A stretch of 64,000 bases of DNA from Paraspadella gotoi (lineage: Eukaryota; Animalia; Chaetognatha). The notes beneath the pieces were generated by a model. That model did not search any database. It was not told where the DNA came from and saw only the letters and a program-made list of their open reading frames with translations. The position numbers and the translations under genes are program-made. Below, in pieces: positions 53,912 through 64,000 of this stretch (the stretch's first letter is position 1; each line of letters starts with the position of its first letter). The DNA is taken from positions 2,469,008 to 2,533,007 of the forward strand of contig CM119266.1 of the NCBI GenBank assembly GCA_051294375.1, written 5' to 3'.

Positions 53912-55490
53912 TCAACCACAAATCCGCCCTGGCCTTTCATCTCCCTCATAAATCTTCAATCTGGAGAAATTACAAGCTTTCTTCCCAGTCGACTCTCGGC
54001 ACACGAGCCCCAAGCACTTCGTCGGCTTCCGGAGATAGACGGGGATCCTGAAAAATTCTGAGGAGTTGCCGTTGATGGGGCTGTAGTGAAGACTGGAGAC
54101 TTTGACGACGCGGACCCAACTCTGAAGAAAATTGGACCCTTGAGTCAAGTTGGACAGGAAGACTTCAAAGGCGAGAGGAACTTTCTTTGAACTTTGCGGC
54201 TTCGTGAGGCGAAACCCGACGATCGTCTGGAGGTCGGGGAAGGGGATTCGGAGAGGGCCCCGAATACGAATGGCCGAAAGGGGGTTTGGGATTGTGTGAG
54301 GGTCTTGTCAAACTGTTACGTCAAATGACAGGTTTATAAATTATAACTACGAGCTATGTCTTATATATGGAAGACGATTCGGCGTGCGGATCTGATAGTA
54401 TGCCGCCATTTTAGGCGTACAAAATTTGATAAAGAAATATATGAAATATTATTTCGTTCCTTTTTACCTTCGGCCTTTTGAAACAGGCAAAGCAGATGTC
54501 TTTGTGGGGGACCACATTTCGGATGCAGGTGTTTTGGAAGCATTCTTTTCTAAACGGGCAATCGCTATTGTCGATTTTGCCCACCGACTCGTTAAAAGGG
54601 ACGTGACCGAAAAAGTCAGCTTCTTTTTTCAGCGCAATCTGGAGTCCTATTCCTTTATTTTAGGAGTTGGCGGAAAGAGGGAGAATGATGATAATGATCA
54701 TCTTATAGAGAGTGATAGATTTAAGTATTAATATCTACTAAGTAAACAACTTTTCAGGATCTCAAAAGTAATTGATCCCATGACAAAAGAGTATGCCCTT
54801 GCCCAAGGCAACATAAGCTTTTTCACTAGAATTAGAGAAAACAAAGTTTTTTTTGTTGTTACAAACCACGATTTTTTGTATTAGACATAGAAACAGGACA
54901 TGTTTCGGCTTCGGTTCAAAGATTTAAAATTAAATTTGTATGGTGGACTAAAATCCACCAACCGTTCATCAGCGGCCATTGGTGCCGGAGGCAAGTCATT
55001 CGCCTCCCAACCCAAAGGTCCGGGGTTCTAGCCCGGTGGCCGCCTAGCAGTTAAGGGGGACGGGGCGCTTAACCCGCCTGTAACTCGGTGTTACAGCCTG
55101 ATCCGAAGCTCAGGGACTGCATATATTGAACGGTTCTGTCATTAACACTTATCAATAATTACTGTCTCTTCATTTGCATTCTTTCGATGATACGTTGTAA
55201 AAATTATGAATAAGTGATTAATTCTGTCAATTTCGTGCGCTTCGTCAAATTGTGCTTGAATGCAATTGTGGCCTTTACTCACCCGCTTCGCATGTCCTTC
55301 TAACGACCACGAGTTTCCCGCCGAATCTTTCTACAACACCAGACGGACGAGTTGATGGAGAAGATGAAGATGCTGATGTAGTTTTTAACGATACAGACTC
55401 CTTCGACAGCGACGACGACTTGGCAGCGAAAATAAACGTTGAAATAAGCAAAAGGAGATAACAGACCGACAGACGGACGGACAGCGCCAT
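53912..55490 (-). CDS. Secreted protein of unknown family, paralog B (235 aa); exons 55490-55283, 54652-54468, 54226-53912
   Basis: MALSVRLSVCYLLLLISTFIFAAKS...PSGVVERFGGKLVVVRRTCEA | GIGLQIALKKEADFFGHV...RNVVPHKDICFACFKRPK | TIVGFRLTKPQSSKKVPLAFEVFLSN...TKCLGLVCRESTG...IYEGDERPGRICG*. GT-AG introns in phases 1 and 0. Confidence 0.85.
54972..55180 (+). mobile_element. tRNA(Gly-like)-derived SINE family 2 (intron 1 of paralog B)
   Basis: Head GCGGCCA...CCGGGGTTCTAGCCCGG TGGCCGC keeps the acceptor and T stems. The anticodon arm is broken and the 3' body is shared with 29360-29580. Confidence 0.7.
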
Positions 55491-56543
55491 TCTCTGCAGG
55501 GTGAAATCTCGGCAAAAAACCTCTACGATTCTCGACAAAGACTGACGGATTCCGGCAAAGCCAAAGTCTCTATGATAGGGATTAGCAGTATTCGACAAAA
55601 TTTCTATTTTTCTATCGGCCGAAAAATAATAGGGAATTTGATTAGGTTAGGAAAGTAGAGTTAAACCGGAGGCGGAAATATCGACCCCTGAAAGGTAAAC
55701 TAAAGTTTCTCCAATGATAAAATAAACACGTAGTTTGTTTTCTTTATATCCTTATATCATTTCCTCTTCGTCTCGTCGCTATAAAGACAATAACAATAAT
55801 AATAATAACAATAATAATAACAATAATAATAATGACAAAAATCTGTCTTTTACTGAATTTTTCTTTGTATTTTGACTTTCTTTTTTGCTATTTAAAATAG
55901 TTTAGAGATGAAAGGAAAAATTCGTTGTAATAGCAATTTTTATTTTTATTATTGTACATGTTTCGACTCTTAGTGTTACGAGTCTTTTTCTTCAAATATA
56001 TTAAGTTGACAATGCTAACTGTTTGTTCGTCAGGCATACTGTTACACTACATAGGGTTTTTTTTTTTAATTTCAAATAACGAGTTGAACTTGTTAAGGAA
56101 TACCGTCGCATTGAAAAGGGAAGATTTAGAATGTTTATTTGATAATATTTTAACAATTATTTTGCAAAATATTTTTTGTCATCTTCAAATGTAAGTCTCT
56201 AACGAGGAGACAGTTTTCCCATTAAAAGCGAGAGCGTCTCAGTTTTAAGAAGAGGAATGAAAAGTTGAAAGCTAATGGTCGAAATTCTATATCAGAAATG
56301 ATTAGAGAGCTACTTGATGCGGTGACATTACATAATATAATTGATGAAGCAAATGTGGCTTTATTTATACTGTTTTTAAAACATATGCAATTAGCGAATT
56401 TGTCGACCTATTTCCGAAAAAAGTCTAAAAGAGATGCGTCGATGCATCGAAAAATAACGGAAGCAGAAATGGAACTCGAAATGGATCGTTTATGAACTGG
56501 ATGTGGCTGTCAAAGAGAGAGATGGAGATTGGCGGCGTTTTGA

Positions 56544-56576
<33 letters not shown>

Positions 56577-56593
56577 GAGAGAAGAGGAGAGAC

Positions 56594-56627
<34 letters not shown>

Positions 56628-56810
56628 TGATGTCTCGTTAGTTCTATTGGTTTCGACGTTTCCCTTTCAAGAGAAAAAGATTTGAAATATTTGCGGCAAA
56701 AAGTTTAATTTGAATTCTTAATTTGATCAGCGCGCATCTCAACAGACATCGGATACAAAATAACAAATAACAATAACAATAACAATAACAAATAACAAAT
56801 AAATTACAAA

Positions 56811-58592
56811 ATAAACGAGACTGTGAAAGAGTCTTGATTGAAAGCTTGCAGGGACCTGCTATGTCATTATCTTGTAAGAGTGATGGAGGCCTTAAACCAC
56901 CAAAGCTGTCCAAAGTCAGGGGCAAGATAGCTTATTTATTAAATGAATGGATAATTTTTATATTGGTTGTACCAATTTCATAAAATTCAGCTCCTTGTAT
57001 TTTGATGCTCGTGCGGAGTACAATAAGTATTCCCGATCTAATACTTAAGGGAGTGGTCTTTTCATACAATTTAAACATTCTTTGAAATATTTTCCACTTC
57101 ATTGATAGGGAAGCCAGGTACTCTGGGAGTGAATAAACGAGACTGTGAAAGAGTCTTGATTGAAAGCTTGCAGGGACCTGCTATGTCATTATCTTGTAAG
57201 AGTGATGGAGGCCTTAAACCACCAAAGCCTGTCTAAAGTCAGGGGCAAGATAGCTTATTTATTAAATGAATGGATAATTTTTATATTGGTTGTACCAATT
57301 TCATAAAATTCAGCTCCTTGTATTTTGATGCTCGTGCGGAGTACAATAATATTCCCCGATCTAATACTTAAGGGAGTGGTCTTTTCATACAATTTAAACA
57401 TTCTTTGAAATATTTTCCACTTCATTGATAGGGAAGCCAGGTACTCTGGGAGTGAATAAACGAGACTGTGAAAGAGTCTTGATTGAAAGCTTGCAGGGAC
57501 CTGCTATGTCATTATCTTGTAAGAGTGATGGAGGCCTTAAACCACCAAAGCCTGTCTAAAGTCAGGGGCAAGATAGCTTATTTATTAAATGAATGGATAA
57601 TTTTATAATGGTTGTACCAATTTCATAAAATTCAGCTCCTTGTATTTTGATGCTCGTGCGGAGTACAATAAGTATTCCCCGATCTAATACTTAAGGGATG
57701 GTCTTTTCATACAATTTAAACATTCTTTGAAATATTTTCCACTTCATTGATAGGGAAGCCAGGTACTCTGGGAGTGAATAAACGAGACTGTGAAAGAGTC
57801 CTGATTGAAAGCTTGCAGGGACCTGCTATGTCATTATCTTGTAAGAGTGATGGAGGCCTTAAACCACCAAAGCCTGTTCCAAAGTCAGGGGCAAGATAGC
57901 TTATTTATTAAATGAATGGATAATTTTTATATTGGTTGTACCAATTTCATAAATTCAGCTCCTTGTATTTTTGATGCTCGTGCGGAGTACAATAAGTATT
58001 CCCCGATCTAATACTTAAGGGAGTGGTCTTTTCATACAATTTAAACATTCTTTGAAATATTTTCCACTTCATTGATAGGAAGCCAGGTACTCTGGGAGTG
58101 AATAAACGAGACTGTGAAAGAGTCTTGATTGAAAGCTTGCAGGGACCTGCTATGTCATTATCTTGTAAGAGTGATGGAGCCTTAAACCACCAAAAGCCTG
58201 TCCAAAGTCAGGGGCAAGATAGCTTATTTATTAAATGAATGGATAATTTTTATATTGGTTGTACCAATTTCATAAAATTCAGCTCCTTGTATTTTGATGC
58301 TCGTGCGGAGTACAATAAGTATTCCCCGATCTAATACTTAAGGGAGTGGTCTTTCATACAATTTAAACATTCTTGAAATATTTTCCACTTCATTGATAGG
58401 GAAGCCAGGTACTCTGGGAGTGAATAACGAGACTGTGAAAGAGTCTTGATTGAAAGCTTGCAGGGACCTGCTATGTCATTATCTTGTAAGAGTGATGGAG
58501 GCCTTAAACCACCAAAGCCTGTCCAAAGTCAGGGGCAAATAGCTTATTTATAAATGAATGGATAATTTTTATATTGGTTGTACCAATTTCAT
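56811..58592 (+). repeat. Tandem array of ~5.5 near-identical ~323-bp units
   Basis: ATAAACGAGACTGTG recurs at 56811, 57133, 57456, 57778, 58102 and 58424. The array ends TTGGTTGTACCAATTTCAT. Confidence 0.97.
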
Positions 58593-58694
58593 TAAAGTAT
58601 AATAATAATGACAATTATGATATAATTTTTTATGAATTTATTATCTTACGATACAAAAAGCCATTGCTATATTATTTATTTAGGAAATGTTTTC

Positions 58695-59030
58695 ACTCGC
58701 GAAGCAACTCTATAAAACACTTTTCGGTCGGTCTGTCGGTCTGTCCATAGGTCTGTCTCACTTATATTAAAAATGTTCATAACTTGCATATAGCTGGTTG
58801 CTCAAATCTATGGGTCTGTTTGCGCCAACATCAGGAAATCCTAAAACTATAAAGTATAAAAGACGATTTCCTATGCAGTGCGTATCATAAATACACAGAC
58901 TAAAAAGTTATTTTAGTCATGTCATGTCACATCATATCATATCATATCACGTAATGTCATATATAAAAAAAAAAAATATACGTGATAAGGCAGTCACTGA
59001 GGCGCAACACATTTTAATAACCATTCTTGT
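58695..59030 (+). mobile_element. HINE/DINE-1-like element
   Basis: ACTCGCGAAGCAACTCTATAA, GTCG/GTCT repeats, GTGATAAGGCAGTCACTG...TTCTTGTT. Confidence 0.6.
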
Positions 59031-59360
59031 TTTTAGAAAATTAGTCCGATTGAAGATTTAAAAACTAAGAATTAAGTTAAATAAAAGCTAGATTTTTATC
59101 AAAGCATTTTGGCGAAGCATCATTGACACGGCACAATCGACTCATCCACGCGGAAGAGAAACAAGGGCTAACCCGGGCAGACTAATTGAGTTAAACGAAA
59201 CTAATGAAAAACAAATTAAGAAAGAGAATGTGAATTGAGATTCGTGAATTGTGAATTTGTAGTAACGATGTGAGCAGCGGTAAAAGGGTGAGGGCCTTGG
59301 AAAGAATGGCGGAAAACAAAGGGTTCACAAGAGCGTGATTCCCAAGTGCTCACTATTTCC

Positions 59361-59409
<49 letters not shown>

Positions 59410-60186
59410 ACTCTCTCAAAAGAAAAACACTGCTATACATATCCGCTCCAAATGTTTAACGAACTCTTATTTAACGAGATATTTCACTTCGCAAAATAGG
59501 AAAGATGTTTTTTTGTTTTTCAGGAAAAGAAGGCGACTAATCGAATCAACGCGAGCGTCGCCGATGTCACAGACGGAAAAACCTCATTAAATTTTAGGGA
59601 ATTTTTGACGTTGTTATTCCTTTCTTGTAGCCGTTTCTTTTTGTCTTTTTTTTATAAAAAAGGTTTTCAAACTTTTTCCCCAGTTTTCTCTTTCCGTTGA
59701 GGAGAATAACAAGAAAAACCTTTGTCACTTTCCGAGTAAAGGAGGACAAGCGAAAAAGGTCGGCTCGTGTTCTTCTTGACGATATTTTTCGAAATAGCAC
59801 CATTTTCAGCTTAAATTTAGAATTAAATAAGTTTAAGTTAAAATTTAGATTAAAGTTATGCGATTTGGGTTAAGGTTAAGAATGATTAAGATTAAGGATT
59901 AAGATTAAGGTTTAGTTAAAGTTTGGTATCAGGGTTAGGAATTAAATTAACATTATTGGTGTAAGATTAGAGTTAAATAAATTTAAGTTAAAAATTAGTT
60001 CAGAGATTAGGATCTAAAATGGGCGCTTTTGGAAATAGTGCCGAGATCTCTTCAGCCTCGAAAATAAAAGTCACCGTGTGTTGTAACGAATTAAGCGTCG
60101 AATTCAAAGGAGAATTTTATGTCCGTCGCGATCGAGGATTTACACAGTGAACTTAAGAGAACGAGAGGCTGGACTTTATTTTTTAA

Positions 60187-60520
60187 TTTTTATCGAGCCT
60201 TGACCGGCGAAGCCGGGTCAGGCTCTATAATGTTTTAGGGTTGCTTTCCTCTTTGTGGACGTCGTCGTGTCGTCGTCGTCGTGGTCACGCCTGCTTTCTC
60301 ATATATAAAAACTACTACGCTTTTATAGGTTTGGCTTGTGAACTTACCGTTTTTTTTATCGAGCCTAGCCTGACCGGCGAACCGGGTCAGGCCTTATAAT
60401 GTTTTAGGGTTGCTTCTTTGTGACGTCGTCGTCTTCGTTCGTGACGTCGTGGTCACGCTGTTTTCATCTATATAAAAACTACTACGCTTTTATAGTTGGC
60501 TGTGACTTACCGTTTTTTTA
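60187..60520 (+). mobile_element. Tandem dimer (~170 bp x2) of a second HINE/Helentron-like end
   Basis: TTTTTATCGAGCC-TGACCGGCGAAGCCGGGTCAGGC hairpin plus (CGT)n, repeated twice and joined at T runs. Confidence 0.5.
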
Positions 60521-61791
60521 AAATAAAAATTATTATGAATTTGATAAAGTTTTTACAGAAAAGTGTGCGATCATAGTAAGTTAAAAATTTAGATATGGCT
60601 TTTCATCTTGAAGCTAGCTGTGATATTTTCATATTACATTTGGATTTAAGTATTTTTTGTTTAATTTCCACGTTGCATTATGAATTTACTGCATATTGCA
60701 ATGAGATTATAGTACTCATTCATAAATTATATCCAAATTAGGCTAATATAGAAATGCTTTAAGCTAATTTACATATTGCAGTTATATAATAATTTGATCT
60801 CTCCTTNNNNNNNNNNNNNNNNNNNNNNNNNNNNNNNNNNNNNNNNNNNNNNNNNNNNNNNNNNNNNNNNNNNNNNNNNNNNNNNNNNNNNNNNNNNNNN
60901 NNNNNNCACGGATTTCCCGGAGAAGATGTGATGCATCACATTTCGGAGTGAGAGTTGAATATCGCGAAATAAAACCAAACAAGGAACGGTTATTCCAATA
61001 CATGGTCTGTGGCGCACGCATTACTCTTTCTTTTTACTTTCATGCCATTTTTTTTTTTATTTTTTTAAAATGTCTTTAAAAACAAAAGGCGGCGAATAGT
61101 AGTCGGCTTAGATTTGATTTTTAACAAATGTCAACAATCTATAGGGGTTCCGCCTTCACAAAACGTTCGCATTTAGCGAAAAAACAACTCTTTTCCTAAT
61201 ATTGTTTCAGCTTACTTACATATAATTTAATTTTGTACCATAAACAAATTGGCCGAACTAGGGATTGGTTAAAATCATATCCATCCGATTCTAATTATAA
61301 AAAAGTACATTTTTTGCAAATTATTTGAAGAAAAAAAATCATGTTCCATTTTTTGTCCATTTTTCACATTTCGCCCTCTTGATTTGAATGCCAAGGAAAG
61401 TTGAGAAAAATTTTTTACTTTGGAAATCCGTTCTTTCCTTAATCTTATTCATTCTCTGGGTAAATTTATTTGCTTAAATCATTTGTAGTTTTGCCTATGA
61501 ATTAGTTTAAAATTTACTAAGTCAAAAAGTTTCATTTTAGTTTTTATCATTCTAATTTGTTAAACAAAAAATTGTTCAAATTAGTTTAACATTTACAGAA
61601 AATATAGACCTATTGAATAAGCTTTTAAAACTATGAAAATAATTAAAAAAACCTTGCTTTGTTTAGCCACAAATAATTTTTAAAAGACGGCAGATTAATT
61701 TTGTGACTTTTTGTGACTTGCATTATTTTTGTAATAAAAGAATCATTTTTCAACTCATTTTACTAGTTTTAAAGATAATATTACAGAATGG

Positions 61792-64000
61792 TGGAATTCC
61801 TAATAAACTTATTTATGCCTCATCTCATAGTTCGTAGCCGTAAGCATCAAATATATCATAACCTCCGTTTTATGACATAATTGACATAGGACTGATAGAC
61901 ACTTGGTGATCTTAGTAACATAGGCGATGACATAATAGAATTAGAAGGAAGAAGAAGAAGTAGAAGAAGAAGAAGAAAGTAGAAGAAGCTTAACTGTAAA
62001 ACAATATAACCTTTTAAATACTTTAACCATTTACAAATTATAACATGTTTCAAAAACCAAATACTGGCTTTATAGAATCCAAGAGATAAATTTTCCATCT
62101 CTTTTAAAAAGGCATAAATATTAGCAATGTTTTACAAGAGTTTTTCGAGACATTGAGACTAAATTGTGACTGACTAAAAAACATTTGTCGAGAATCAAAC
62201 TAGGCCAGGAGAGAACATCTGAGATTATTCTATGATTCAGTCACGGAGACTGTTACGAAATCTGCTACGTTATTTCGGGAAAACAAAAAAGACAACTATT
62301 AAAGTCTATACAAAAAGATATGTCTCTTTAAAACATGAAGAAAATTAACTATAAATAATCTACATTACCGCCTCCAGAACTTAACAAGTAATGTTTTATG
62401 ACTACAATAAAATAAAAATAAAATCTCGTTCATTAAGAAATAAAATTAACAATATGAAACGATGCAAAGCAAGAAATCGTTAACGCTAACGTTCAAAGGA
62501 AATTTGAATAAAAAGAATCTAACAAACGTACGAGTTATGTAAACACAACGGAATCAGACATGAAACGCATTTATCTACTAAAATATTAGAATAAGCCAAG
62601 TTGCTATGAAACTAAGAAACAAGACACATACTTACAGAGTTAATTTTTGTTTGGTTTTACTTTTTAAATTTTATATAGCGTTTTCAAATTATAATAAAAT
62701 GAAACATACTTATACGGAATGTTAATTAAAACTACAGACAAACAATTAAATCACAGAAATACTAACTTTTTCGTTTTCGGCGATTCTACGCGAACGTCGG
62801 GGTTTGGCGATGAGGAAATTTCAGAATTTCAGCCCGCCGCGTTTGAGGGTTTCAGGACCGTAATTGGCGACGAGGGTTGGTCACGATTAAGGGAGAGTGA
62901 ATCGCCACTCCAGTAACTTTGAAACGGAGCGGCTCGTCGTCGACCAAAGAGACAAGATTTAAGACCGCACGAATTTACTTCGGATTCCGACGCCTAGTAT
63001 ACAACTTGACGCACGCTCGCTCGAATTCACGGCGCGCCGTTTTTACAGCGAAAGGCGCCGCCACGGATGCCGGTCTGAGTCGGGTAAAGGTGCAATGACG
63101 ACGCCGAGGCGGCCACTCGTCTCTTTGTAGTGATTTCTGAAGAAAGAGGACTAAATCACAAGTTGAAAGATTTGCGTTGAGGTTATTACCCCCATTTTTT
63201 GACGAGCTGCAACATGTAATATATTCTTTGGTCCACCGCTTCCAAAATGAATCTGCAGATGTTGAGTTGGTGCAAATTCGACCGGGTATGCAATGCGTCT
63301 ATTGAGCATTGAAAGAACATACGTGGAAACAGGGTAATTGCTTGTAATCATCTTACATCTTGATACACGATCAATGCCTTAATACTTCGCAACAGGGTTC
63401 TAAATACATTCATCTGATGGACAAGCTGAACGGATATCGACTTTAGGACACGTGTTTTTAGCTGAGCGGACAGGCGGCTCCAAATGCCGCCAAAAATGAG
63501 GGCCGCTGGAGGTGGTTAAAAAAGACCAATTTAATACTTTGCATGTTAAGACATGGGACGAGAATTCTTCATTCCACTCTTGACACAGTTCTGAAAGCTC
63601 TGTATCAAGCTGACCTAAAATTATGTACGCATTGTCAACAGCATTTGCCTCACTCCTGGGCGACGGGAACATAGAATCTAAGTAAGCAATAATGAAGACA
63701 GAAGTGGATAGTCAACAAGCGACTTTCAAGGTGGAATCGCACGCATTTAAGCGATGTAAATAAACAGATATAGCGTTTGCGCGTTGCGACGGCCAGAACT
63801 TTTACAAAAAATGGACCCATGAAATCAAACCCTGTACATCAAGGATAAGAGGAGACAAACGGTAATGAGGATTTACCATTTTCTGTGGCTTTGGTTTGGA
63901 AAAGAGACGTAGACATTTAAAACATTTTCCAAATCTCAGACTTAATAAAAGCTCAGACCTTTATAATATCCAATATGTTTTCATCAAATATGATGAACCT
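61792..64000 (-). mobile_element. BEL/Pao LTR retrotransposon, second copy (putative 3' LTR ~61792-62364 plus integrase region; continues past the window end)
   Basis: Colinear with 5241-7520 over the whole length, with many indels. Confidence 0.85.

Noticed and set aside
54226-54312. Upstream acceptor (GTAACAG, 54313) for exon 3 of paralog B
   Set aside because: It is out of frame with the conserved domain. The CTCCAG acceptor at 54227 is in frame and aligns with paralog A.
54972-55044. Functional tRNA-Gly gene
   Set aside because: The anticodon and D arms do not pair, there is no oligo-T terminator, and the 3' body is shared with another dispersed copy, so it is a SINE head.
56811-57133. 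Hammerhead ribozyme or 5S/SL RNA gene in the 323-bp unit
   Set aside because: I found no CUGANGA...GAAA core on either strand and no recognisable 5S or spliced-leader sequence.

Overview
Eukaryotic (invertebrate metazoan-type) genomic DNA: AT-rich, with spliceosomal introns, abundant (AG)n/(GTC)n microsatellites, N gaps and error-prone long-read patches. Supported genes: (1) two exons of a rhodopsin-class peptide GPCR (- strand, ~9.2 kb intron); (2) two U6 snRNA genes, each with an octamer/PSE-like/TATA upstream promoter; (3) a divergent 6-exon beta-tubulin (43037-45616, +); (4) a minus-strand cluster at 47-55.5 kb that the ORF track largely misses. This cluster has two paralogous 3-exon genes for cysteine-containing secreted proteins of no family I recognise (225 and 235 aa, identical intron phases). 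They flank an M14B carboxypeptidase-like gene that can be spliced in frame without its catalytic core. Mobile DNA includes two BEL/Pao LTR retrotransposon fragments, a LINE 3' end, a structured ~323-bp unit present as a tandem array and as dispersed copies, two tRNA-derived SINE families, Helentron/HINE-like elements and hAT-like foldback MITEs. The 10-21 kb region of nested inverted duplications is probably largely an assembly artefact. All coordinates and translations were read by hand.
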